A stretch of 64,000 nucleotides of DNA from a bacterium (lineage in GTDB: Bacteria > SAR324 > XYD2-FULL-50-16 > G965216635). The translations under genes were made by a program, and so were the position numbers. Below, piece by piece: positions 1 to 9,117 of this stretch. Where the stretch lies: the NCBI GenBank assembly GCA_965216635.1, contig OZ244188.1, forward strand, positions 576,001 through 640,000, read 5' to 3'. Under the pieces are notes generated by a model. It was not told the origin of the DNA and made no database searches. It saw only the letters and a program-made list of their open reading frames with translations. How positions within the stretch are numbered: position 1 is the stretch's first letter; each line of letters begins with the position of its first letter.

Positions 1-2
1 AT

Positions 3-710
3 TTTTTACCAAATCATTCGGTTCATAGTTTAAACAATGAGCCCAAAAACAGTGAGCCCATAAAAAAAGGCAGTGGAGCTATTTCTGCTACTCCCTTTGG
101 TTCTAGTATGATACTTTTGATTTCTTGGCTTTATATTCGTATGATGGGTGGCGCTGGTTTGCGTAAAGCCACCTTAAACGCACTACTATCCGCTAATTAT
201 ATTGCCTCTTCGCTCAAAGATAAATTTCCTCTGCTTTACTGCAGTAAAGCAGGTTTTGTAGCTCACGAGTGTATTTTGGATACAAGAGGATTTAAGAAAA
301 CCACAAATGTCACTGTAGAAGATATTGCAAAAAGATTGATGGATTTCGGCTATCACGCCCCTACAATATCTTGGCCCATTGCAGGAACTATGATGATAGA
401 GCCTACAGAATCTGAAGCAAAAGTGGAGCTAGACTGTTTTTGTAGTGCAATGCTTAGTATCTATAAAGAAATCCAAAAAATAAAAAAAGGAGAATGGACT
501 AAAGAAGACAATCCTCTCCATAATGCACCGCACATTGCAGAAGATATAATTGTGGATAATTGGGAACACTCTTATAGTCGTTCTGAAGCAGTTTTTCCTA
601 CAAAAGAAGTGCTTGGTGACAAATATTGGCCCCCCATAGGAAGAATTGACGCTGCTTTTGGAGATAGGAATTTAATCAGCACTCGTCCAGAACCAGAGAA
701 TAAATGCTAA
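3..710 (+). CDS. gcvP: Glycine dehydrogenase (decarboxylating) P protein, C-terminal part; gene begins before the window
   Basis: Frame is open from base 3 (FLPNHSV...ATPFGSSMIL). Motifs LSANYIA, VAHECILD, AKRLMDFGYHAPT, MMIEPTESE and RIDAAFGDRNL are typical of GcvP. Confidence 0.95.
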   Translation, partial: FLPNHSVHSLNNEPKNSEPIKKGSGAISATPFGSSMILLISWLYIRMMGGAGLRKATLNALLSANYIASSLKDKFPLLYCSKAGFVAHECILDTRGFKKTTNVTVEDIAKRLMDFGYHAPTISWPIAGTMMIEPTESEAKVELDCFCSAMLSIYKEIQKIKKGEWTKEDNPLHNAPHIAEDIIVDNWEHSYSRSEAVFPTKEVLGDKYWPPIGRIDAAFGDRNLISTRPEPENKC

Positions 711-1195
711 GAATACACGATGTTACGGAAAAAGATTTGCCTGCTATACTAGAAATCTATAACCAGATTATCCGAGATACAAAAGCAGTTTGGAAAACCC
801 AAGAAACTGATTTAGCAGAAAGGAAAGTCTGGTTTGAAAAACTAAAAAAAGATGGTTTCCCAGTTATTCTTGCAGAAAAACAAAAAAAAATAGTAGGTTT
901 TTGTTCTTTAAATCATTTTAGAGTAGGAGAAAGTTATTTTACTACAGCAGAACATACCGTGCATGTCTGTACAAATTATAGAAATCAAGGTATAGGTAAG
1001 GAGTTGATGAAACAAATTATCTTAAAAGCAAAACAGATAAAATTGCATTGTATAGTAGGCGGTATTGATAGTTCAAACCAAGTGGCTCATAAACTTCACC
1101 AATCCCTTGGCTTTCAAAATTGTGGAGAATTGCCAGAAGCAGGAAAGAAATTTGGAGAATGGCTCAATCTTACTTTTTATTGTCTTATTCTGTAG
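704..1195 (+). CDS. GNAT N-acetyltransferase (phosphinothricin/methionine-sulfoximine acetyltransferase-like)
   Basis: DLPAILEIYN, RNQGIG acetyl-CoA motif, N..AHKLHQSLGF, G.KFGEWL. Confidence 0.85.
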   Translation: MLRIHDVTEKDLPAILEIYNQIIRDTKAVWKTQETDLAERKVWFEKLKKDGFPVILAEKQKKIVGFCSLNHFRVGESYFTTAEHTVHVCTNYRNQGIGKELMKQIILKAKQIKLHCIVGGIDSSNQVAHKLHQSLGFQNCGELPEAGKKFGEWLNLTFYCLIL

Positions 1196-1228
1196 AAATG
1201 TTATCTTTCTTGATTTCAATTCTTTAAA

Positions 1229-1468
1229 TAAGACTGTTGCACTTTAGCATTATAGGAAAGCTAGACAAGGCGCGAAAATTTTTTACCCAAGAGGAATACT
1301 GAAGTATTTTGAGTAATAAAAAAACTTGATCAACAGCGTAGTGCCACAATAATGGGATCAGGGCACTACAAAACTAGAGCAAGACCACAAATAGACTGCA
1401 AAAGCCTGTATAAAGTGAACGCAGTAAGCCTGTTTTGCTGAACTAGAATGTCTAATTCAATAGTCTCT
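1229..1468 (-). repeat. Palindromic MITE/ERIC-like element (arm type A2) with nested modules
   Basis: AGACTGTTG...CATTATAGGAAAGCTAGACAAGGC at the left end and GAACTAGAATGTCTAATTCAATAGTCTC at the right end match the copies at 11883 and 28891. Confidence 0.8.
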
Positions 1469-3718
1469 TTAAACGTTATGCAAAAAAACAGTCTTTATAC
1501 AGACTACATTAGTGAAAAAAACGGCTTATCTTCGGCTCAACTTTATCTCAAAGGAATCCATTGCGCAGCTTGTATCTCCAAAATAGAAACCAGCCTCAAA
1601 AGTTTTACTGCGATTAAAAGTTTGGCAATTAATCTAAGCGATAAAAAAGCAAATATACAGTGGGAGAGCAAAGATCTTACTTTAGACGCCATCATTTCAG
1701 CGGTTGAAAAAACAGGTTATCAAGGCATACCTTACCGTAGTTCTAAGTTAGAGCAGATAATTCAGCAAGAATGGAAAACCCAAAAACAAAGATTTACTGT
1801 AGCTGCTTTTTGCACTATCCCAGTAATGCTGATTTCTCTTGTCTTAGGTTTAAAGTTGTTTGGAGAAATCCATTCTAGTTTAGAGATAAAACTGCAATAC
1901 AGTGCGATGTTCCTTACGTTACCTGTCTTATTTTATAGTGGTTATTCTTTCATTCAAAGTGCTTGGAAAAATCTCAAAAAAGCTAGTATTGGGATGGATT
2001 TTCAAATCGCTTTCAGTTCTTTGTTGATGTTTTTTTACAGTCTTTATAGTTTATTGTTCGGCGATAAGGTTGCCTATTTTGAAGCTGTAGCTATGTTTAT
2101 TACTTTTATTTTAGCAAGCCAGTTATTAGAGAGAACTTCTTTAAAAAAGATGAGTAATATTTCCAATCTTTTATCTTGGGATATGCCACTATTTGGTAGA
2201 TTGATAAAGAAAAATAAAAGAGAAACTATTCCAGCACACCAAATCCAAGTAGGGATGCAGTTGGAAGTATTGCCCGGAGAAAAGGCACCAGCCGATGGGA
2301 ATTTGTTAGATAAACAAGCAAGTTTAGACGAATCCTCTATTACGGGTGAATATATGCCCGTAGTCAAAAAAAAAAAACAGAATATTTATTCAGGAAGCTT
2401 AAACCTTGGAGCAGTTTTTCGTTACGAGGTAAAAAAGACTAGCGAGGAATCTACAATGAGTAAAATTTTAAAACTTATGGATAATGCTTTACAGAAAAAA
2501 ACTCATTTCCAAGAAAAGCTAAATTTTTTTGGAAAACATTTCACCAATATTATCGCATTACTTTCTATTTCATCGTTTTTGATTTGGTATTTCATTTTGT
2601 CTTCAGGTTGGGAGCAAGCGGCGCTCGTTGCGATAAGTGTGTTTATTATTTCTTGTCCCTGCGCTTTAATTATTGCAACTCCTCTGGGATTTCAAGTGGG
2701 TTTATCAAAAGTTGCCAAGTATAAGGGTATTTTTAAATCCGTGCAAACTTTTGAAATGATTCCAAAAATAGACACTGTGATTTTTGATAAAACAGGCTCA
2801 CTGACGCAAGGCAAACCTAGAGTAGTGCAAGAGTTCTCTAAAAATCTAATCAATAAAAAAATTCTCTACTCTCTTGTATCTGGTTCTATACACCCAGTAG
2901 CCGTTGCCTTAAAAAATCACCTTAAACAAGAAAACCCATCTATAAACCAAATAGCACTAGACTCTCGCAAAGAAATACTTGGACAAGGCTTACTAGCCAC
3001 AATAGACATCGCAGACCAACAAGCAAAAAAAGAGATTTTGGGAGGAAGTCTAAAATTTATGATAGATAATAAAGTTACAGTAGCTAAAGAATGGCAAAAT
3101 TTTATCAAAGAAAAATACGGCACTGTTTTTTTGTTCGCAGTGAATAAGGTTGCTGTTGCCCTTTATTTTTTAGAGGATTCTATTAGAGAAGGAGCAGACA
3201 AATTAATAGAAGAACTAAAAAAAAAAGACTGTTCAATTTATTTATGTTCTGGAGATAGAAAAATGCCTTCCTTAAAATTAGCAAAACAGCTAGGCATTTC
3301 AGAAGATAAGGTTTTGTTTCAACAAAGTCCACAAAACAAATTAGAGGCAATCCAAAAATTGCAGAAGCAATCCAAATTTGTTTTGATGCTAGGAGATGGA
3401 TGGAACGACGCTCCTGCTCTAGCGCAAGCAGATTTGAGTCTTTCTCTAGTTTCAGGAGTAGATGCAACACTAGAAACTGCAGATATTATTCTTTTAACTC
3501 CTGATTTAAGTGAACTTTTATCCTTGTTTAAAATTTCCAGCTCCACCTTAAAACTAGTGCGTCAAAATATTGCTATTTCCATTTTGTATAATATTATAGC
3601 TTTGCCTTTAGCGATCTTTGGGTTGGTTGCACCTTTAGTCGCTGCTCTGTCTATGTCCTTTTCTTCTATGCTGGTTGTGGGTAATTCTTTTTTACACTAT
3701 CACAAAAAAGTTAAATGA
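1448..3718 (+). CDS. Heavy-metal P1B-type ATPase (CcoI/FixI/CopA-like); true start may be ATG 1478
   Basis: HMA motif GIHCAAC, TGE, CPC, DKTGSLT, HP, GDGWND, YN and MSFSS. Confidence 0.92.
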   Translation: MSNSIVSLNVMQKNSLYTDYISEKNGLSSAQLYLKGIHCAACISKIETSLKSFTAIKSLAINLSDKKANIQWESKDLTLDAIISAVEKTGYQGIPYRSSKLEQIIQQEWKTQKQRFTVAAFCTIPVMLISLVLGLKLFGEIHSSLEIKLQYSAMFLTLPVLFYSGYSFIQSAWKNLKKASIGMDFQIAFSSLLMFFYSLYSLLFGDKVAYFEAVAMFITFILASQLLERTSLKKMSNISNLLSWDMPLFGRLIKKNKRETIPAHQIQVGMQLEVLPGEKAPADGNLLDKQASLDESSITGEYMPVVKKKKQNIYSGSLNLGAVFRYEVKKTSEESTMSKILKLMDNALQKKTHFQEKLNFFGKHFTNIIALLSISSFLIWYFILSSGWEQAALVAISVFIISCPCALIIATPLGFQVGLSKVAKYKGIFKSVQTFEMIPKIDTVIFDKTGSLTQGKPRVVQEFSKNLINKKILYSLVSGSIHPVAVALKNHLKQENPSINQIALDSRKEILGQGLLATIDIADQQAKKEILGGSLKFMIDNKVTVAKEWQNFIKEKYGTVFLFAVNKVAVALYFLEDSIREGADKLIEELKKKDCSIYLCSGDRKMPSLKLAKQLGISEDKVLFQQSPQNKLEAIQKLQKQSKFVLMLGDGWNDAPALAQADLSLSLVSGVDATLETADIILLTPDLSELLSLFKISSSTLKLVRQNIAISILYNIIALPLAIFGLVAPLVAALSMSFSSMLVVGNSFLHYHKKVK

Positions 3719-4107
3719 ACGATAACCAGCTACTCAAAGCAGCTATTCAAGCCTCAGATTTTGCTTATATTCCCTATTCTAAATTTGCTGTGGGAGCGGC
3801 ACTTTTGCTAAAAAACGGCACTGTTATTCAGGGTTGCAATATAGAAAATGCCTCTTACGGTCTTACCAATTGTGCAGAAAGAACAGCTCTATTTAAGGCA
3901 GTATCTTTAGGTTATCGCAAAGAACAAATCAAAAAAATAGCAGTAGTTGCCGACTGCGAAAAAGCAATAGCTCCTTGTGGGGCTTGCCGTCAAGTGATGC
4001 TAGAACTGGCAGAAAAAAATTGTCCCGTAATTTTAAGTAATTTAAAACTTTCAGAAATAATACAGACAACTGTAGGAGAGTTACTTCCCTACTGTTATGA
4101 AGGGTAA
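3715..4107 (+). CDS. cdd: Cytidine deaminase (homotetrameric type)
   Basis: PYSKFAVGAA, GCNIENASY, CAERTA, PCGACRQ. Confidence 0.95.
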   Translation: MNDNQLLKAAIQASDFAYIPYSKFAVGAALLLKNGTVIQGCNIENASYGLTNCAERTALFKAVSLGYRKEQIKKIAVVADCEKAIAPCGACRQVMLELAEKNCPVILSNLKLSEIIQTTVGELLPYCYEG

Positions 4108-4126
4108 TTAGAGCCTGTATAAGTTA

Positions 4127-4394
4127 TAGACTATCGTATTTGCGTTCTGTTTAGCCAAAGCAGCGTTAAAATTTTTTTTTAACTCTTGAAATACTCTCTT
4201 ACTGCTATCTATTTCGTAAAGGTTATAGTAAAAGAGCCACTGGCTCTTTTACATTTCTTTTTTGGATTATGCGAGTTTTGTAGTGTTTTTCACTACGATA
4301 TTCCTGCGAGCTAAAAAAAATTTTCGCACCTGTTCTAACCATTTGGCTAGCCGTCACAGCTAGTTTTGTTCTATTTGGCAAATTCAAAGGTCTA
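4127..4394 (+). repeat. Palindromic element (arm type A1) with a ~100-bp hairpin module in its central loop
   Basis: TAGAC...GTCTA termini; arms match the 140-bp copies at 41581 and 50839; insert at 4198-4297. Confidence 0.85.
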
Positions 4395-4592
4395 TTTAAC
4401 CTGATTTCAAACTAAAAATCTCTTTTTTTTTGGTTGCCTTTTTATTTTTTAGGTGCTATTGACTTTAAAAGGAGGATTTGCCAAAATAAAACAACCAGCT
4501 ATAAAAACCTTATATGGTTTTTGGATGGTTTTTAGATAGATTTTAGGTCTATATTTTCTTTTTATCGTGTTTAATTTAAATTAAAAAACAAA

Positions 4593-4825
4593 ATGCCAAA
4601 TAAAATTACAGGTAAAATTATAGGTAAAATTACTGGTAAAATGCCAAATAAAATTACAAATAAAATTATAGGTAAAATTACTGGTAATATTACTGGTAAA
4701 AATTTTACTGGATCGGGTGCGGGTTCGGTTATGGGTAGGTTTGCGGGTTCGGTTATGGGTAGGTTTGCGGGTTCGGTTATTGGCTCGTTTAAGGGTTCGG
4801 TTATGGGTAGGTTTGCAGGCTTGTT
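4593..4825 (+). repeat. In-frame 12-bp (GKIT-type) and 24-bp (AGSVMGRF) tandem repeats
   Basis: GGTAAAATTACT-like units are followed by about four GCGGGTTCGGTTATGGGTAGGTTT units. Confidence 0.9.
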
Positions 4826-6032
4826 TATGGGGGTGTTTTTCGTGGGTTTGCTTTTTTCTCTTGTAGCAGGGGTAGGAAATTTACAGGCACAGGAGAGACA
4901 GCAGGGTTGGTTTGTGGGTGTTAGTCCTTTTGTGATGGATGTGAAGCTCAAAAAAACAAGCAGGCGAGTAGGTGAGGAAAGGACACAAGTAAGCGAATTA
5001 GTAAGCGAGGATGTAGGTGTTTCTGATGCGAATGCTATTAGCTACGACGCCAATGTGCCTAACTTTGCTTTAAATGCCACACACACAAACCGATTTGGTG
5101 ACGTTCAAGGGAACAACCTAGCAGTTGTTAATACTGCAATCGGTCATGCTATATCCTTGTGTCAGAACGGTGCAATACCCACAACGGATATAGGTACCAT
5201 CTCTTTGGTTAGCTACGACGCAACGGAAAGCTTAACAGATGATCTAAGCCAACTCTTACAAAATACTACACCAACAAAAACAGGCTTATTGCCAAAGGGT
5301 TGTAAAGATTTTTTTGATTCAGAATTACCTGATCCCTCTGCTCCAGTGACAACCGTGCTCCCAGAGTATACAGAAAAAATACAAGACAAAACCACAGAAG
5401 AAACCTCAAAACTCAAGGGAACAGGAATCTCGTTCGGTTTTAACTTTGAAAAATACTCCTTGTCTTTCAACCAACTCCAATGGAGCGCAGGAGACGACAA
5501 GCTGCAAGCCCAGGTGCTCTTAGCCCGTTACTTTCTACCCTACGGTTTTTCTGTAGGAGGGGGTTTAGCGAGTACAAAGCTAGGCACAGTTTTTGGATCG
5601 GCATCGGGCACAGCCCCCGCCTTGCATTTTGGCTACAACCGAGCCATTACAAAAAACCTGCAAGTAGAGGTAGGTTTATTTTGGCTAGGGCTGGATCTTG
5701 CGGTAGCAGATACCCAGATCATTAATTCTGCACCTACGACTACAAATACTACTTCTACTCTACCTACTACTGCTCCTACTATCAAAAGGAGAGCCATCGT
5801 TGGTCTGCAGCGGTTTGGTGGGGAGGCCAAAAATAACTATAATGCATTAAAAGGGACTTCTGGTGGCACTCCCTACGATACTAGAATAGTGGTTACTGCA
5901 ACGATTCCCAGTGGAGTGAGCACAACAACGACTACAAACACTACAAAGACTGTGAGCGGCACTCACCACCAAACCGCAAAAATCAAAAACCCCGCCACCA
6001 TTAGCATAAATTTCATCTGGCGCTTTCGTTAA
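4593..6032 (+). CDS. Putative outer-membrane beta-barrel surface protein with large inserted domains; repetitive N-terminus, true start uncertain
   Basis: Signal-like segment ending LQA, amphipathic strands (GWFVGVSP, GISFGFNF, LHFGYN, VEVGLF), C-terminal INFIWRF. Paralogue of 48269-49573. Confidence 0.7.
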   Translation: MPNKITGKIIGKITGKMPNKITNKIIGKITGNITGKNFTGSGAGSVMGRFAGSVMGRFAGSVIGSFKGSVMGRFAGLFMGVFFVGLLFSLVAGVGNLQAQERQQGWFVGVSPFVMDVKLKKTSRRVGEERTQVSELVSEDVGVSDANAISYDANVPNFALNATHTNRFGDVQGNNLAVVNTAIGHAISLCQNGAIPTTDIGTISLVSYDATESLTDDLSQLLQNTTPTKTGLLPKGCKDFFDSELPDPSAPVTTVLPEYTEKIQDKTTEETSKLKGTGISFGFNFEKYSLSFNQLQWSAGDDKLQAQVLLARYFLPYGFSVGGGLASTKLGTVFGSASGTAPALHFGYNRAITKNLQVEVGLFWLGLDLAVADTQIINSAPTTTNTTSTLPTTAPTIKRRAIVGLQRFGGEAKNNYNALKGTSGGTPYDTRIVVTATIPSGVSTTTTTNTTKTVSGTHHQTAKIKNPATISINFIWRFR

Positions 6033-6212
6033 GAGCAAAAAATCTGTAGGGGATGTTTTTTTTCCCCCCAACCTGCAATGCATTGTTTTTCTCTTTACCT
6101 TTTTGTTTTTCATCTGTAAATAATTTCATTAAAAATTGCTTTAATTTTGGCGTAATATTTGTTTTCATTATTTATGAAATTAAGCTAAAATTTTATTACT
6201 TTTCTATCAATA

Positions 6213-7463
6213 ATGAATCAAAAAAAATCTCAAACTTACACACCTCCTAATTTAGTTGCTGGTTTAGATATAGGAACAACTAAAGTTTGTATGGTCGTAG
6301 CCCTAATAGAAGGCAACGAATTAGAAATCATCGGTTCAGCAATGACTCCTTCTGTGGGTTTAAAAAAAGGAAATATAGTCAATCGCGACGCTACCGTTGC
6401 TGCTATTAAGAAAGTTGTAGAAGACTGTTATAAGAAATGTGGCTATAGGGTAGATTCTGTTTGTGTAGGTATTGCTGGAGACCATATTGAAGGAATTAAT
6501 AGCCATGGAGTAGTATCTATTAAAAATGAAGTTATAGATAACAGTGATATTTATCGGGTTATAGATTCTGCGAAACCTGCCTGTCCCGAAGAGAAAAAAC
6601 CCATTCATATACTTTCCCAAGAATATACAGTGGATTATCAGAGCGGTTTTAATGATCCGCAAGGAATTAGTGGTAAAAGATTGGAAGCCAATGTGCATGT
6701 TGTTTTAGCAGCGACTTCAGCTTTAGCAAATATTACAAGAAGTTGTGTGGCGGCTGGTTTGCATGTGGAAAGAATTGTTTTGGAACCCTACGCTTCGGCT
6801 CTGGCGGTTTTAAATGAAGATGAAAAAGAGCTTGGAGTCCTTTTATTAGATATTGGTGGAGGCACAACAGATATGTTAGTCTATAAAAACCAATCTATTC
6901 AGATGAGTAAAATTATTCCCCTTGGGGGCAATAATGTGACTTACGATATTTCGGTGGGTTTAATTACACCTAGAAATTATGCAGAAGAAATTAAGTGTAA
7001 AGAGGGATTTATTCTTACACCCGACATAGATCAAAATGAGATTATAGAGATTACTTCTATCGCAGACCACCCAACTAAGCATGTCTCTAGGAAAGCTTTG
7101 ACAGATATTATTGAACCTAGGTATATGGAAATTTTTGAAACGGCTCAGAGACATCTTCAAATAGAAGGGATAACTTTTCCATCGGGAGTAGTTTTGACTG
7201 GAGGAGGAAGTAGTATTAAAGGATTAAATCACCTAGCGGCAAGAATTTTTGGCACTCATACTAGGACTGGCTACCCCCACGATAAAGTTCAAGGAGCGGA
7301 GGATTTTGTAAAATATCCTTCTTACGCCACTGCAGTAGGTCTTTTGAGATATGTAATACAGAGTGAGAAAGCAGATTTTTCAGAAGAAAATAGTGTAAAA
7401 AATAAAGTGACTAGTCCAGTCCAAGAGAAAGGTTTTTTTGAGTTTATTAAGAAGTTTTTTTAG
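6213..7463 (+). CDS. ftsA: Cell division protein FtsA
   Basis: GLDIGTTKV, LLDIGGGTTD, GG..VT.DI, VLTGGGS, YATAVGLL. Confidence 0.96.
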   Translation: MNQKKSQTYTPPNLVAGLDIGTTKVCMVVALIEGNELEIIGSAMTPSVGLKKGNIVNRDATVAAIKKVVEDCYKKCGYRVDSVCVGIAGDHIEGINSHGVVSIKNEVIDNSDIYRVIDSAKPACPEEKKPIHILSQEYTVDYQSGFNDPQGISGKRLEANVHVVLAATSALANITRSCVAAGLHVERIVLEPYASALAVLNEDEKELGVLLLDIGGGTTDMLVYKNQSIQMSKIIPLGGNNVTYDISVGLITPRNYAEEIKCKEGFILTPDIDQNEIIEITSIADHPTKHVSRKALTDIIEPRYMEIFETAQRHLQIEGITFPSGVVLTGGGSSIKGLNHLAARIFGTHTRTGYPHDKVQGAEDFVKYPSYATAVGLLRYVIQSEKADFSEENSVKNKVTSPVQEKGFFEFIKKFF

Positions 7464-7493
7464 AGACTTTGCAGTCATTATCATACAAAAGCA

Positions 7494-9113
7494 ATGAAAA
7501 AAAAAAATAAAACGAAAAATAATCACAGTCCAGCTGAGATTTTAGAGGCTATCAATAGTTGTCGTGAGGAGATTATTAGAAACCCAGAAAATGCCGCTTT
7601 ATACATAAAATTAGCCGAACTCCAAGAGCTAGATGGCAATCAAATAGAGGCTATCCACGCCTATCAAACTGCTACTCAAAAGGATCCTAAGAATTTAGAA
7701 AGCTATTACCGATTAGGTTTGATTTATCACAAACAAGGATTGCATAATAGAGCCATAGATAGTTTAGAAATGGCTTTAGAACTGGACTTAAAAAACAAAA
7801 AAATATGGAATAATTTAGGTTATATTCATTGGGAAAAAGGGGAGTGGGATAGAGCTCGTTTGTGTTATGAAAAAGCATTAGAAATTGAACCTGAAGACAA
7901 GCAGACAAAGCGTAATCTTTCTTCTTTAAATTATCTACTCGGCAAATTTGAAATAGCAGAAAACTTAATTCAACAGGTTTTCAAAGAGGAGAAAGAAAAA
8001 AATATAGAGGATAGAATGCAGCTAGCTTCTTGTTTGGTTGCTTTAAAAAAATATAAAGAGGCATCCGATCATTACAAGAAAGTACTGGAAAAACAACCTG
8101 AAAATGCTCGGTTACTGAATGCTTTTGCAAGCTGCCTGCAAGCACTTGGTGACACAAAAAAGGCTTCCGATTACTATACGAAGTCGTTGAGAATACAACC
8201 CGATAACATTGATTTTAATTTTAATTATGCAGAATTTTTATACGAAGAAGGCAAATTCAAAGAGGCTGCAAAATTATTTAAAACAATTCTAGCTCAAGAA
8301 CCAGAAGATATAGAGACTTTAAAATATTTGGCTGGTTGTTTAGAAGAATCGGATAGCAAGAAAAGTTTAGAGCTTTTTCAAAAAGTAGTAAAGCTGGATC
8401 CTGATAATATTTTTGCTCTTAAAAAAATAGCAGCTATCCAAGAAAAAAACCAACTTCCCAATGAAAACTCTGTAATCCGCCAAAAAATTCATAGCTTAAA
8501 ACCTAACGATTGGGACAATAATTATGAACTAGGAAAAATCTATTTAGAACAAAATAAAATTTTAAAGGCTTGGGATCTCTTAAAATACAATCCAAAAATA
8601 GAGAAAGAAAACATCAAACTTATTTTAAGAATAGCAGAAAATTTTCAATTCAACAAAGACAGTTCCAACGAGATTGATTCTTTAAGGCTTGTTGTTAAGA
8701 TTCAAAAAGATCATAATCAGGCTTGGTTTAGATTAGCAGAAATTGCTATGGATCATAAAAGTTTTGTCCACGCTTATAAGTATATTCTACAATCTAAGCT
8801 ATGGTTAGAAGGAGATGTGCTTTTTATCAAAAAACTTAGCCTTGCTTTACTTGCGGCGGACGAAAAAGAAAAAGCTGTAGAACTTTCTCAATACCTACTT
8901 CCTTCTTTAGCTATTCACTCTATATTGTTAGAACCTTTTTTAGAAGAGTTAGTGAAAAAAAACGAGCTAGACTACTGGATGCAGCAAAATACTTCCCAAT
9001 TTAAAAAATTAGATAAAAGCACTAAACATAATTTAGATACATTGCTTGTAAAGGTTAGAGAAAAAATTCCCCTAGCTAAAAATACAACAGCTAAAACTAC
9101 CCGAGATCTTTAG
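7494..9113 (+). CDS. Tetratricopeptide repeat protein
   Basis: Multiple 34-aa TPR units (YYRLGLIY, WNNLGYIH, A..YEKALEIEP). Confidence 0.88.
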   Translation: MKKKNKTKNNHSPAEILEAINSCREEIIRNPENAALYIKLAELQELDGNQIEAIHAYQTATQKDPKNLESYYRLGLIYHKQGLHNRAIDSLEMALELDLKNKKIWNNLGYIHWEKGEWDRARLCYEKALEIEPEDKQTKRNLSSLNYLLGKFEIAENLIQQVFKEEKEKNIEDRMQLASCLVALKKYKEASDHYKKVLEKQPENARLLNAFASCLQALGDTKKASDYYTKSLRIQPDNIDFNFNYAEFLYEEGKFKEAAKLFKTILAQEPEDIETLKYLAGCLEESDSKKSLELFQKVVKLDPDNIFALKKIAAIQEKNQLPNENSVIRQKIHSLKPNDWDNNYELGKIYLEQNKILKAWDLLKYNPKIEKENIKLILRIAENFQFNKDSSNEIDSLRLVVKIQKDHNQAWFRLAEIAMDHKSFVHAYKYILQSKLWLEGDVLFIKKLSLALLAADEKEKAVELSQYLLPSLAIHSILLEPFLEELVKKNELDYWMQQNTSQFKKLDKSTKHNLDTLLVKVREKIPLAKNTTAKTTRDL

Positions 9114-9117
9114 GTAT

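Noticed and set aside
4451..4463. AGGTGCTATTGAC shared with ~19172-19184 as a regulatory motif
   Set aside because: Only two intergenic occurrences of 13 bp and no palindrome; insufficient support.
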